From Sphyrna mokarran (Eukaryota), in NCBI GenBank assembly GCA_024679065.1, contig JAGIQG010000011.1, forward strand, positions 55,552,001-55,616,000: a DNA stretch of 64,000 nucleotides. Direction: 5' to 3'. Below the pieces are notes generated by a model, which worked only from the letters and a program-made list of their open reading frames with translations, was not told the DNA's origin and ran no database searches. A program made the position numbers and the translations under genes. How positions within the stretch are numbered: position 1 is the stretch's first letter; each line of letters begins with the position of its first letter. Shown here one piece after another: positions 1 to 13,199 of this stretch.

Positions 1-624
1 CTGAAGTCCTGCATTCGGGCTTGAACACATAACTCTGAAGGAAATCTGTTACCACTAATCCAAGTTAACCTTTACGTCTAATTTATTCCTCCTGCTTTTT
101 TCCTTATCTTTATCTGACAAGGGAGTTTGTTTTTCATTCTGTTTTCAGTTCAGTTCAGTTTCACTTTCTAATGTCTTTACTGTCAACAGATGGAACTGCA
201 GTTTATTTCTGATGTTTTCTGCTTTTACTTCAAGGATCCACACTTGTGGCTTTCAAAAAAAAATCTATTTAGCATCTTTTTTAATTCTCTTTTCTTGCTT
301 TCCTTTGAAACTCATACATCATTGACATGCAGATGTATCTGTTCAGCAAAAGCATGGCACTCAGTGGAATTGACTTTGATATTGTGCGTTCAACCCTTTC
401 ATGCAGGCAGCTAGTAGCATATGTTTCTTATTTTGTTGTGTTCGGAGCTGTCCAAGAAGATTTCATAGTACTTGTTATCATCTTTCACACAGAAGCATGA
501 AGGCACCAGTTCAGATCAATGCACCGTGGCTTACAAAGACAGCATCAGAAAGAAGGACCCTATAATGTACTTAATGTAATTGGAATGTAACAAATTGAGG
601 TGTCTACAGAAACATTCTAAATGA

Positions 625-1035
625 AAGTCCAGGCCAGATATTTTCCGCTGCAGTGGCCATACATTCTTACCTTGCAGGAGGGGCCCCTACTTAAGCAGAC
701 TTCTGTAGAGCAGAAATGTCCTTTGCGCCTCTTCACTAGAGCTTCCCTGCATAATATGTCAAATTCTCTGTAGAGGTGGTACTTTGATATCTGAGAGACA
801 TTCGGAAATCTGCAGGTCAATACGGAACTGATGGCAACTCCATCGAGAGCTGCACGAGAGTTCCCCCCTAGGGGAGAGATCCAAACCATAAACACATGGA
901 TGGGATTTTCCAACTTTGCGTGCCCCAAAACTGGAAATTCCCACCCGGGATCAATGGGCTTTAAATGATCTGCCAAATTTTCTCTCCTTCCTGTTAAGAT
1001 TCCTGCAGCAGCAAGACCAGAAAATCTCATCAAAT
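625..1035. mobile_element. Old non-autonomous TIR element remnant
   Basis: Ends resemble the GGCC.GAT.TTT and GAAAATCTC termini of other elements in the window, with weak inverted similarity to 44420-44675. Confidence 0.35.
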
Positions 1036-1137
1036 AGTTTTTCTGGTAAAGACTATAACTATGACAACTGAAATTTTGCATTCCAATTCACAGGGTGTCC
1101 TCACCTGCTGATGACTGGCTTGGGGTCTCGCTTTTAA

Positions 1138-1470
1138 AATCATAGAATTATTCAGCACTGTAAAAGCCATTCAACCCATTGTGTCTATGCTGACCCTCTG
1201 AAAGAGCTTTCCACTTAGTCCCATTTATCTTGCCCAAGTACTTCTAAAACATGATTTATCCACTTCTCCTTTAAGAACTATTAGCATTGACTATATTGTT
1301 TCAGGTCAAACAATCCTCTGTAATTAAAACAATGCTCAAACTTTTCTCTTTGCTGTTTTGATGATGATTAATTTATATTCAACTCACCAATTAATAGACA
1401 TGGATTTTCCTTATTTACTTTTGCAATATCCCATATAACTTGGAGCATTTCCAGCGGATCTCCTTTTTAT
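1138..1470 (-). mobile_element. Degenerate CR1-type LINE 3' end
   Basis: aatcatagaa...gccattcaacccattgtgtctatg is the reverse complement of the CR1/HE1-type 3' tail. Confidence 0.6.
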
Positions 1471-1654
1471 CTCTTTGTCCAAATGATAATCATTTTTTAT
1501 AAATGAAAACTTCCACCTCAGCAGATCAATTCTTTGTCTCACTATCGTGCCAATTATGAACAGGGTGGATAGCAGAGGCAAGCTTTATCGACTGGATAAA
1601 ATGCCAGCTCTCTCACCTATAGGTGAGCTCTCCCACCTATTACCAAATGAGCGC

Positions 1655-2300
1655 AGCAAGAGCAATTTGTACCTTTCACAGTAAAAACATCCCAAGGTAG
1701 TTTAACAGTAGCAGTATCGAAACAAAATATGACACCGAGTCACATAAAGAAATAGATGACCAAAAAAAATAAAGTTTGGTTTTAAGGATCATCATAATGA
1801 AGGAAAAGGAGTTGTGAGGAGGAGGTGTAAGGAGGGAAATCCAGCGCTTAGGGCCTTGGTCACTGTCAACACAGTTGCCAATTGTGGACTATATCGTGGG
1901 CTGCACAGTGGCACAATTGTTAGCCTGGTTGCCTCACAGCGCCAGAGATCCAGATTCGATTCCTGACTTGGGTCCCAATCAGTGTGGAGTTTGCACATTC
2001 TCCCCAAATCTGAATAGGTTTATTCTGGGTGCTCCAGTTTCCTCCCACAGTCCAAAGATGTGTGGGTTAGGTGGATTGGGCATGCTAAATTAGTAGTGAG
2101 AAACTACTGAGGGTGAATGCATGGGGTTATGGGGTAGGGCCTGGTAGGATTGTAGTTGCTGCAGACTCAATATGCCAAATAATCTCCTTCTGCACTGTTG
2201 GATTCTATGATTCTACAAAATCTGAGGATGGACAAGTGTTCAGAATTGGAGAAGAAGGACAGATACCTTATAGAACTGGAGGAGGTGACAGAAGCAGGAA
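1655..2300 (-). mobile_element. L2 LINE 3' fragment interrupted by an HE1 SINE
   Basis: ggagggaaatccagcgcttagggcc is the reverse complement of a degenerate L2 ORF2 C-terminal GPKLWNSLP-type region. The sequence resumes after the SINE at about 2216. Confidence 0.6.
1898..2215 (+). mobile_element. HE1-type V-SINE
   Basis: tRNA-like head (A box gtggcacaattgttag, B box gattcgattcc), V-domain tgtggagtttgcacattctcc...tttcctcccacagtccaaaga and a CR1-type tail ending gattctatgattcta. Confidence 0.9.
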
Positions 2301-3683
2301 ACTCCCATCTGAAACAGGTAGGAGACACACACACATATATAGGCTAAATGGACTCTGATTAATTCATTAAGCCCAAGACGCCATTTTCTTCTCAGCCTGC
2401 CTGAATGTCGTCAGTGTTAGCTCTCAGGCATAGGGACGGGGTTACAAGTTAGGAGATGATCATTTATAATGAAAATTAAAGTCATTTTCTGTTGCAATTA
2501 GGAAAAGCTACAGGGAGCTCAGGAAACATTTTTATATTTGTGGGATTAGAGCTTCCAAGCTTTCCATATGTGTTGCTGTATGTTTTGCAGACATGATGTT
2601 TATTGCCATCAGTGAAATAGTATGTTCTTGCTCCTGAAGTTGATACCCCTCACCTTTCAGTCCCCCGTTTTATTTCCCATTCCCAGAGCAAAGGGCTGCC
2701 TATTAAGGAGTATGCTCATTCCAGCAACTTCTCGACTGCATTATACTGAGGCCCTAGGAACAAAATACTGACTCCTCTAAGGCTCTGCAAACTTCCCAAC
2801 TGAAAATATTCCAAATGATTTGTCCCGTGTGAATCTCTCTTCACCCTCTTCTTGGCCTTATTTTTTCAATATATTTATGGGATGTGGGTGTTGCTGGCTA
2901 AGCCAACATTTATTGCTCAGTCTACTTGCCCTACATTGCTCCCAAAATTGGATGTAAAGGCCTAAAAACTGAATCACTGATAGCGACAAAAGGAATTGGT
3001 AGCACAATCATTGGTAATTGAACTGTTCGTCTCAGTGTATCGTGAGTCATGGCCCTCAAGGCAGCTTGCTAGTCAAGTGAGGAGGGCAACCTAGAATGCC
3101 AACAGCAGCTAGCAAGTAAATCTAGTGGGAGGCAATGCTAAGTGGTGATTTGTGGTCTTTCTGGCTCCACATTCAGAAAGCTATCCTTTTAATAATGTTA
3201 CAATTAGCAATAGGGCAATATAACCACTGCCAGTTTTACATTGGCACCATGGGCAAGTGCTGGTGTGCCCTAACCTATTCGGTTTAGGTCACAGAGTGGC
3301 TGTTGATGAGGGAATACCTCAGGCTACCAAGGTGTGCCAGCAGTAAAGAGATGAATGGTGGTTTCACAAAAGGAAAGGGCTGGAATCCAAGTGGAGAAGG
3401 CTACAACATTGTGTGAAGGGTCCAGCAGAAGACTCCTACTTCCTTACTTAGGGGGCTTTTTTGTCTTCCCCTCCAGCTGATGAACTTAGTGGGAAGGGTT
3501 CCCACTCAGACCATAAAATGATATTGCGATCTTACGAATGGGACTGTGATTAGCATTTTTGCATGATGTTACTACCTGGTGGGCAAAGTCAAATTCTTAA
3601 GATCGGAGATTCACAGGAATGAATGAATAATATTTTAACTGCTGGCCTGCTCCTTTACCACCCTGAGATCAAATTAGAGTTAT

Positions 3684-4025
3684 TGAATCCATACAGTGCA
3701 GAGGAGGCCATTTGGCCCATCGAGTCTGCACTGTCTTTCTCTGATAGAGTATCACACCCAGACCCTTTCCACCATGCTATCCCAATAATCCCACATTTTT
3801 ACCATGGCTAATCTATCTACCCTACATATCTTGGAACAATAGAGGATAATTTTAGTATAGTCAATTCACCTAACCTGCACATCTTTGGACTATGGGAGGA
3901 AACCAATACACCTGAAGGAAACCTACACAGACACAGGGAGAATGTACAAATTCCACACAATCACCCCAGGCTGGAAATGAACCGAGGTTTCTGGTGCTGA
4001 GAGGCAGCAGTATAATCACTACACC
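3684..4025 (-). mobile_element. HE1-type V-SINE
   Basis: Reverse complement of the head, V-domain and tail seen at 1898-2215. Confidence 0.85.
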
Positions 4026-4294
4026 CTCTGCAAATTTCAGCATGAGACCCTTTTATATGGAATCAAGAAGTGGAATGAATTATGGACATTCTGTGTGAAG
4101 CTTCCTAATATTAGAAAACTTAGTAATTTGCTGGTATGACATGAATGGCTTTCTTGTTCCTTCATCCATTTTAGCAGGGCCTGTTCCTGAATATGAGTGT
4201 GGATTATCTGAATGCAAAAAGTCGCCACTGGGTGTGCTGCCTATTCAGCACTCATACACAACATTGAAATAGAACAGTTATTCGCTTAAAAATG

Positions 4295-5262
4295 AAAGAT
4301 AGATTGATGTATGTAGGAAACAATGTGGCAGAATCAACATGATTTTGTGAAAGCAAAATGGATAAATCGGTGAATCTACTGTACTTAGATTTCCAGATGG
4401 CATTTCATAAGTGCCACAGCAAAGTTTATTGTGGAAAACAAAAGCTCATGGTGTAGTGGTAATATATAGGCAAAGGTTGGAGATTAGCTAGGTAACAGGA
4501 AACAGAGAGTTAGCAGAAATAGGTGTTTTTTAATTGATAGGACATAACAACAGGGATTGGTGCTGGGACCTCAACTTTTTACGATTTATATAAATGACTT
4601 GGATGAAGGGATTGAGGTGTGGTTGCTAAGTTTGTTGATGACACAAAATTAGGCAGGAAAGTAAATTGTGAAGACAATATAATGAGGATACAAGTGACAT
4701 AGATAAGTTAAATGAGTGGCAAAAATCTGGCAAATGGAATATAATGTGGGAAAATGTAAAATTGCCCCATTTGGCAGGAAGAATGAAAAAAATGTTATTC
4801 TCTAAATGGTGAGAGAAGGCAGAGCTCTGAGGTGCAGAGAGGATCTGAATGTCTGAGCACACAAATCACAAAAGTTTAGGAGTAGAAGTTAATGTTTACT
4901 GTGAGAGGGGAATTGATTACAAAAAGGGGAAGTTATGCTTCAGTTGTATAGGACATTGGTGAGGCCACATCAAAGGTTTTATGTACACTATTAGTCTTCT
5001 TATTTAAGGAAATATGCAAAAGAACTAAAAGCAGTTCAGAGAAGGTTTACTAGATTAATACTGGGAATGAATGGGTTGGCTTTGGACGAAAGGTTGGAGA
5101 CATTAGATTTTTATTGACTAGAGTTTAGAAGAGCAAGAAGTGTCTGGGGACCAAGACATTTAAGATTCAGAGGGGCACTGACAACATGGATGTGGCAGGA
5201 GAAACTAAAACTAGGAGTCATTTTTAAAAATAAGGTCATTTTAGACAGAGATAAGGAAAAAT
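4295..5262 (+). mobile_element. CR1 (HER1-like) LINE reverse transcriptase fragment, decayed
   Basis: Encodes YLDFQMAFHK, LGPQLFTIYINDLD and KFVDDTKLG RT motifs, with stops and frameshifts. The probable tail resumes at about 6555-6615. Confidence 0.9.
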
Positions 5263-6555
5263 TGTTAGGAAAACAAATGTAGTTCTAAGGGATTTATATT
5301 TATATTGATAAACATTAGAAATAAGATATAGTTTTAAGTGTACTTAATTTAATGTTTCTGTGCCTGGAAGGATAAAACTTCTAGTTAAATTCATGCTGGA
5401 CAAAGGCGTTTGTACATGTGGAGGTTGCTTTAGCTCCTATTGTGTTTGTACTGGGCTAAGGGAGGGCTATCCTTTTTATTATTAAAAATATATATCTATT
5501 TCCTTTTTGAAACCATTCAATGATTCAGATTCCACCATACTATAGGGCATGAGTTCCACAGCCACCCTCTGCAAGAAGTAGTTTCTCCTCATCTCAATTT
5601 TAAATCTACCACCTCTCAATCTATACCTGTGACTTCTTGTTTTAGATTGCCCCATAAGAGGAAACATTTGGTGTATATTTATTTCATCAATCCCTTTTAA
5701 TATTTTATATACCTTGATCAGATCCTCTTTTATTCTTCTAAAGCCTAAACAGTTGGACATAGTGATAAGAGAAACGCTTCTCACAGATCTGCTAGAAGCA
5801 GTTGGTTTAGAAAGCTAAAGAGGAAACAACGCTCTCAGCTTTGATAGAAGAGAAGCCATACCATGGAGTAGTAGTTAAGAAAACCAGTGCAGAGATCCAA
5901 ATAATTAAGGAAACTAGAGGAATGAAGAGATTTTGGAAGAAAGGCAAATGAACAGTTTGCCAAAGACCACTGAAATTCTACAGAGAACTGGACTGTGATA
6001 GTTCAGTAATTGTGCAAGAAGGTTAAAGGGTTTGAACAAACTATGAAACTTCGAAGAGAGGACTAGATTAACATGGCTCAAACAGAATTGAAATTCATTT
6101 GTTTGAAATGGGACTGGGGGAAACAACAAGCTTACAAAAAGTTCAAAGAAGAAACAAAGCAAGAATACAAAACTCTTTTGAGTGAACCCAAGAAGTTTCT
6201 TAGCAATATTCCTTAAACAGCTTAAAGAGATTTTGACAAGAGAAGAAAATAAATGTTAGCGCACAAAAATTATATTTTGACTTTAAAATTGAAATGCAAA
6301 TTTACTATATGCGAATTTGGCAAGTTGGCTTGAGAGTGCTTGTGCCTATGAGTGACAGAAAGAACGATTGCACTGTAGATTTAAATAAAGCATTCTTTTC
6401 TGAGCCATAAACAACAAACCAGAATAAAAAGAAACACAACTTTTGACATAGTAGCATGACAATGCTATTATGTATAGATTCTGATGATACTATTGAAGTT
6501 ATTGTTTTTGTATTGGCTAAATCATTGTAATTATGGCGTATAATTGTGAACTAGT
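5263..6555. mobile_element. Unclassified LTR-like insertion inside the CR1, itself interrupted by a minus-strand CR1 piece
   Basis: Starts TGTTAGG exactly where the CR1 breaks off, is A-rich with AATAAA motifs, and CR1 tail sequence resumes after it. No clear CA end or target-site duplication. Confidence 0.3.
5480..5750 (-). mobile_element. CR1 ORF2 C-terminal fragment
   Basis: ORF RRIKEDLIKVYKILKGID...TRSHRYRLRGGRFKIEMRRNYFLQRV is a typical CR1 ORF2 end. Confidence 0.9.
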
Positions 6556-6619
6556 AATCTTATTGAATGTAGAGCAGGTAATAAAGACTGAGTGGCCTAT
6601 TTCTGCTCCTAATTTTTTA

Positions 6620-6958
6620 AATTCATTCATGGAACGTGGGCATCGCTAGCTGGCCAGCATTTATTGCCCATCCCTAGTGGCCCTTGTGCAAGGGGCAGTT
6701 GAGAGTCAACAACATTGCTATGGCTCTGGAATTACATGTCAGCCAGATCGGGTAAGGACAGACACTAGTGAACAGGATAGGTTTTTTTTGATAATTGACA
6801 ATAGTTTTATGGTCATCAGTAGATTCTTAATTCCAGATATTCTATGTGGAATTCAAATTCCATCAACTGCCATTGTGGGATTCCAATCTGGATCCCCAAA
6901 ATATTAGCTGGCTTCTGGATTAATAGATTAACAATATTACCAGTAGGCCATCACTTCC
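6620..6958 (-). mobile_element. SacSINE1/DeuSINE-like tRNA-derived SINE
   Basis: The reverse complement has a tRNA-like head, a gaatttgaattc...gaattaagaatctactgatgaccat core and a gggatgggcaataaatgctggcc tail. Related copies lie at 51165 and 61985. Confidence 0.75.
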
Positions 6959-8024
6959 CCTAATTCGGATGTTTGTATAGATGTATTTAGAAGACTGAAA
7001 ATCCTGATAAATGAGATCATAATCAGTTCACAATCATGGTAAAGTTGTTGCTTCAGGAAAAATGTGCATAAATGGAATATCTTAGCTTCTAGGAGTAATT
7101 CCCAAATATGGAACAAAATTCTATTTTCTATAAATTAGAAATGCTATTTTTGCAGATTATTGACAAAAGTAGAAAAAGATTTCATTAAATAATTTAAATC
7201 TAATTAATTGTGAATGTAAATTGGTGAACAATAAAATGTATTGAGATTTTGCAATGCTTTGGCTTTAGCACAGAGACAACAGCATGATTCTGGAAAATGA
7301 CATCACCATTCATTTTATCTTTAAATTATCAATTAAATGATTTGTAACTTGTGTTCTCTGGTCAGAGTGACCCTGCAATATGGAAATACAAGTTCATTAC
7401 TATGCTGTCTTCCATCTACTCACAGCTCAAATGTATTTTACAACATTTCTGACCTTTTCAGAATTTTAATGAGTGCCATAAAGCTATAAATTAGAAATAG
7501 TCCATTAGGTAACTCAAGTTCAAACATAACCTTAGTGTACACTAACAAGCAGTTATTTGAAACTATAGTGAATTGAGGAAGAATTAGATTGGAATCCATG
7601 TCTTCGCTAACAGGATTTCAGTTGATTTATACACAAATACTGCATACAAATGAAAATCCAGTTAGCTGCTACTTCTCATATAAAAAGCTTTAGAAATCCC
7701 CTCTGACAAGAATGAGACTATTGGTATAATGTGAATTAAATGCAATCCTGCCTTTCCTCCTTGTTAAAGTTTAGCCCAACTGCCAGTGTATATCCCAATT
7801 AGTGTTAATCTATAGAACTGCTGCTGCAGGAGCTCTTCAAATGCCATTTTCTTGTTCAAACGGTCTATTAATAGTTTCTGCAAACATATCTCTCGCTTTA
7901 CAACTGGGAATCCATATTTTTTTGCCTTCCATAATCGAGATCTAACAAGCAATAATGCAATTTCCGATCTCTGATGTTCAAGTTGGGATGAGGAGAGGAG
8001 GTTTTGTGTACATTGAATATAGTT

Positions 8025-8250
8025 CATATCCGAGCCAAAGCTTTGGATTCAAGTTCCACTGCAGGATTTGATAGCCACAGGAGGTGCGTTCATCATGTGG
8101 CCAAACAGATTGATTGTCAATGTGAACATCCTTTCAATAAGCCTATAGCAGAGGCTGAGTGTGAGAGGGTCTTCTGGTTAGTCATGCTTGATGTGGAGTA
8201 GTGCCTCTAAAGTTATAGCCTCCAGCAACAGACTAATGACCTGTTCAGGA
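8025..8250 (+). mobile_element. tRNA-derived SINE fragment related to the element at 20570-20795
   Basis: B-box-like ggattcaagttcc followed by ggatttgatagccac...tggccaaacagattgattgtca, shared with the minus-strand copy at about 20690-20745. Confidence 0.45.
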
Positions 8251-8254
8251 AATT

Positions 8255-8600
8255 GAAGTACATAAAGGTCCTGAATGGTCTTGACAAAGTAGACATGTAA
8301 AGAATGTTTCCTCTTGTTGGTGAGTCCAGGCTTAGGGGGCACTGTTTGTAAATTAGAGGTTGTCCTTAGAGGACAGAGATGACGACAATTTTTTTCTCCC
8401 AGCAGGTTGTGTGACTTTGGAATTCTCTAGCAGTAGTGGTAGGGTATTTCAAAGGCAGAGATAATAGATTCTTGTTTGACAAGGGAATCAAAGGTTTTTG
8501 AGGGTAGATGGGGATGTACAACTTGAATCACAATAAATAGGCATGAACTTATTGAATGGCGCAGCAGGCTCGAGGGCTGAATGGCTTACTTCTTCTCCCA
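8255..8600 (+). mobile_element. CR1 3' end
   Basis: ORF2 C-terminal coding remnant plus the tail cttattgaatggcgcagcaggctcgagggctgaatggcttacttct. Confidence 0.85.
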
Positions 8601-9646
8601 TTTTTTCTGCTTGCTTGCCCATACAAACAGGTATATGCATGTGCTTTGTCTGACTAGCGCATTTCGAAGAATGGAAAAGAATCAAGAACAATGTTCAAGT
8701 TATTGTTTTCCAAAGCATAGTATCGGACAAAGCATTACTCAAAAGCAAAAACTTACATAAAAAAAATATAAGCAAAACTCATCCTTCTTAAGTGATTAAT
8801 CATCTTGCCAAAATTAAAGAAGTAATTCCCAAAGAACTGATAATTTTTTTTATCTACTGTCATTTGCTAGTCTTCTAAAAACTGATTGGAATAATATTTT
8901 TTAAAAATCTGCTATAGTAAATTAGAAAACAAAACACTGAAATGTTTAAAATAGCTTGTGTCCATTGGACATGCAAAGTCTTCTGGTTCCCAGAAGTTCA
9001 AAATAATCCCACTTTTAAACTCAATTTGCTGGAACTTAATCAAACTGTATTTTTCACTGCTCTCCTGGTGGCTGGTGGATTGATACATAGTCGCTCAGCA
9101 CCTGATTGTAATATGGCAGTAAATGTGGCACTCTGGATATACAATTAATTCCTAACTCTTTATATGATAATATTAAAAAACTTGCATACCAGTATAACTG
9201 TTCCAATCATTAACTTGTTTCATATCTAAACTAAAGGAGGCTGACAACTGACTTTTACGAATAAACTGAACATTTACAAGTCTGTTAAAGGTTGTTTCTG
9301 TTTTTCAAAATATCATTCACAGTGTTACTTAGGTGTAGGATGTTGTACTTCCATCTTTTAGATTTGACTTTTCACTGCTGTTAGTGGTGGGTTGGCACAC
9401 TGCACAGCTGATGTTGTACGTACAGTTCCTCGTGTGGAAGGAGTTGTGCTTGACATTGCTCGTGTCATGTCACTTGCTGGTGCTGATGTTGATGTTATAC
9501 CATTTCTTAATGGTGTAGTTGATATTGTCTCCCTGGTTAGTAATGTTGCTGGTGTTTGTGATTATCTTTTCTGCTTTTCCAGGCTCAGTTTTATGTTAAA
9601 TATTGACTCTGTTCCTTCTCATTCGCTGACTGTTTTTGCTCTCAAT

Positions 9647-9977
9647 GCAGCAGTGCAGTGTCATAGTGGATAGCATTGCTGCCTCAGAGAACTAGGAACC
9701 TAGGTTTGATTCCAGCCTTGGGTCACTGTCTGTGTAGAGTTTGCACATGCTACCCGCGTCTGCATGTATTTTCTCTGGGTGATCTGGTTTCTTTCCACAG
9801 TCCAAAGATGTGTAGTTTAGGTGGATTGGCCATGCTAAATTGCCCCTTAGTATCGGGGGATTAATAGGATAAATAGTTGGGATTATGGGGATAGGGCCTG
9901 TGTGGGATTGTTGTCAGTACAGGTTCGATGGACTGAATGGCCTTCTTTTGCATTGTAGGGTTTCTATGATATATGAT
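9647..9977 (+). mobile_element. HE1-type V-SINE inserted in the Gypsy relic
   Basis: Head, V-domain and CR1-type tail as at 1898-2215. Confidence 0.9.
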
Positions 9978-10184
9978 GTATCACTAACAACTTTTTACTA
10001 GGTTCCAGCTTTTCATTCTGCACATACATAGTCTAACCTTCCAACAACTCAGACAGGGATTTGGCATGCTTGTTGAAGTATTGACTTCCTTCTATTGGTG
10101 CATTAGTGAGTTGTTTTAGCTCCTCCTTGTCACTTGGAGGAAGTATCTCGGTGGTTAAAGTTCTCGTCTTTTTTTTCTGCAGAG

Positions 10185-10485
10185 TGCAGGGTCTTAAATA
10201 GGGTAGATGTGGGAAGAATGTTTCCCCTTGTGGAAGAATTTAGAACTAGAGTTTAAGACAGAGATTAGAATTGTATTCTTTAGGAAGGTCATGAGTCTTT
10301 GCAACTCTTCCTCAAAAAGGCAGTGGAAGCAGAGTTTTTGAATATTCTTAAAGCAGGCATTGATAAATTTTTGATATGCAAATGATTGAAAGATTATTGG
10401 GGTAGGCAGAATTTACAATCGGGCCAACGTAATCTTATTGAATGTTGGAATAGGCTCAACGGTGTGACTGGCCTACTCCTACTAA
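10185..10485 (+). mobile_element. CR1 3' end inserted in the Gypsy relic
   Basis: gggtagatgtgggaagaatgtttcccc...aatcttattgaatgttggaataggctc...ggcctactcctact. Confidence 0.85.
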
Positions 10486-11264
10486 TTCTCCTTTGTCTCT
10501 CAGCAAATCACAAGAATTCTGTTTGGAAGTAACTTTCTAATAACCCATGTCCTCTTTGGAGTGATGTGGTGAAAAGATGATGATGTTAAACTCATACTGT
10601 TCTAAAAATACCTTTAATTCTCTGGAGGTGAATTGGATTCCATTATCACTTATTACTCTTTCAGCAATCCTTTACTCAGCAAACAGAGCTCATATTGCTG
10701 AGAGAATTTTTCAAGTCTCAAATCTTTTTCACTTTTCAGATAAAGGGAAGCTTTGAGTAGCAGTCTGCAATGATCATTTTTGAATGTGTTTGTATAAATC
10801 AGCTCCCACATTATGCCAAGGTCTAGTGATGCTTCAGTAGCTATCATCTCCCCTATCTGTTGTGCATTTCTGTGCTTCTGGCACACTCTGTTTATAGACA
10901 ACATTCTTTCAATGACATTTTGCTGTTGATTCAGCACACATCTGATCTGGCCCTGAGCTTACACTTCTCCATTCCCATATGGCCTTCAAATATTTTCTGC
11001 AGGACTTTTTCCTGTATTGTTTTGGTATGATTATTTTGGATCTGGTTAACAGAACACTATCTTCTAGAGATATGCCATTTTTGCCTGAGCAATATTGCGG
11101 TAATGCTGGCTATATTTGCTGTATCTTATCAGGCCATCCGCTGATCAGTTGTGGAGAGAGCATCTGTAATTCATTATTAATCTGATTCAGCTTCAGTGGT
11201 GTAATGTTTACTAGATGATGTACCTTTATACTTAAATCTTTTAACTCATATTTCTCCTGCGATG

Positions 11265-11567
11265 ATGGCAACATAGTGGTTAGCAATGCTGCCTCACAGC
11301 GCCTGGGATTCATGTTCGATTCTCGGCTTGGGTCACTGTCAGTGCAGAGTCTGCACCTTCTACCTGTGTCTGTGTGGGTTTCCTCTGGGTGCTCTGGTTT
11401 CCTCCCACAGTTCAAAAGACATGTTAGTTAGGTGCACTGGCCATGCTAAATTCTCCCTCAGTGTACCTGAACAGGTGCCAGAGTGTGCCCACTAGAAGAT
11501 TTTCAGAGTAACTTCTTTGCAGTGTTAATGTAAGCCCATGTGTGACATTAATAAATAAACTTAAAAA
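11265..11567 (+). mobile_element. V-SINE with HE1-like head and body but an alternative (probably L2-derived) tail
   Basis: Same head and V-domain as HE1, but it ends gattttcagagtaacttctttgcagtgttaatgtaagccc...aataaataaactt. Confidence 0.85.
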
Positions 11568-13199
11568 ATAACTGAGATGGATTATCTGCTAGCACCATTT
11601 CTCTATCTGACTGGTATGTCAGAGTGAAATCGTAATCTCTGCAATCTTGCTGGAGATTCACCTGGATTTTCTTATATATCTATTCCAGTAGACATTAATC
11701 ACTCTCCACTATAAACTTTTTCCAAAATAATTTTCTTGCATCCATATGCAACTGACAAAAGTTTCCTAGGTTTGCATAACTGGTCTCAGTATTTGCATCC
11801 AAAGCTCCAAGGGCAGTCATCAGTTTTCTTCATGTATCAAGACTGCTCCCAGTCTTTTTATAGAATTATCTACTTGCAGCATGACACATTTCTTTCTGTT
11901 TGGTGTTACACACTTGTATGCTAATGTATTTTTTGAGTTTGTTGGAACTTCTTTGACCACTGTTGCTCAATATCATCTTTCATCAGCTGTTGTAGGTTTG
12001 CTGTTTTTTCTAACATGAGGTATGAAACAACTCATGTACCAGATCAAGCCAAGTAAATCTTTCAACCTTTCTTGTTTCTTTAAGTCTTTATCTCTGGGAT
12101 AGTTGTGACTTTTTCGAATTTTGGCGCAGTTTCAATTATGGTTGTCATCTTATTTTTCACCTTCTTCCTGATCTGAATGGTTGAGTGGATTTTTTTTCAG
12201 CCACTTCTCACAGTTATATGGCTCTTATGTCTAGTGTATCCTCAATCGTATCATCATCTTCCAATGTACAAATTTTTCCACTCTTTTTCCTTATCATTTT
12301 CCTTCTGATTTGCCCTGTCGCCCTGTCTCTGATAACTCATTTTTCATCTTCTTTTCTTTGTTCTGTACTTTTTTTTCCCAAATGATTGGGAAAATCCACA
12401 AGCTGTGCAGTTTGAGCCATAAATGGGACATTTCCTTCGGTCTGTGATCTCAAGTGACTGTTCATAGCTCTTACATATCTTTCTCAATGTCTGGTGTGAA
12501 TTATTTTGTCGCTGCTTCACTGCATTAACCCTGCTGCCTTTCCCTTGACTTAATTGAAGGTGTTTGGGTAGTCAGCATCTTTATCTATTTGTGACTTCAT
12601 GAGCTCTGGCATGTCCACAGCTTGTGATATTGCGAGCTTGTCCATTCCAATCAAATCTTTTTAAAACAAATTCAGAGTGTGCAAAGCCTCAAATGAGCTG
12701 ATCTTTGATCTGTTTGCTGGAATTTACATTGCCTGGCTGTATTTTTCAATTTTGATGAGAAACTGTGAACAGGTTCTCTTGGTGCTTGTCTCAGGCTTTG
12801 CAACGTATGCGGGTGGATTCAATGATTTGATTTTGGCTGGAGATGTGTGCCAAATTTTTCAAAGCTTTTCTCTGGCCACAACAACATGTAGTTTTCCTTT
12901 CCTCATTGTTCGAGCCTTTTAGAAAGTTATTGAATGTGAATCTTCAATATTTTCTAAACTTCTTAAACGACATTATCAGCCTCTCAACTTACAATGGGTT
13001 AGAGTTGTACATTCATTGATGTGGCAGTGTGCTTGTACAATTCACTCAGCTTTTCTTTCTGACACTAATTTCTCGCTGACTTGATTTTTTTTCTCAATCT
13101 AACTCCGCATTAAATCCATTTAAATGTTTTGATTTTTACTCACAGATATCAACTGCCACTATGTCACGTATTCTGGTTCCTATAGGTTTGTTCATATGC

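Noticed and set aside
1898-1975. tRNA genes suggested by A/B boxes
   Set aside because: These are SINE heads followed by V-domains and LINE tails, and they do not form a full cloverleaf.
9392-9673. Val-rich 93-aa ORF resembling a membrane protein
   Set aside because: It is the antisense of the low-complexity region downstream of the Gypsy integrase core and runs into a SINE.
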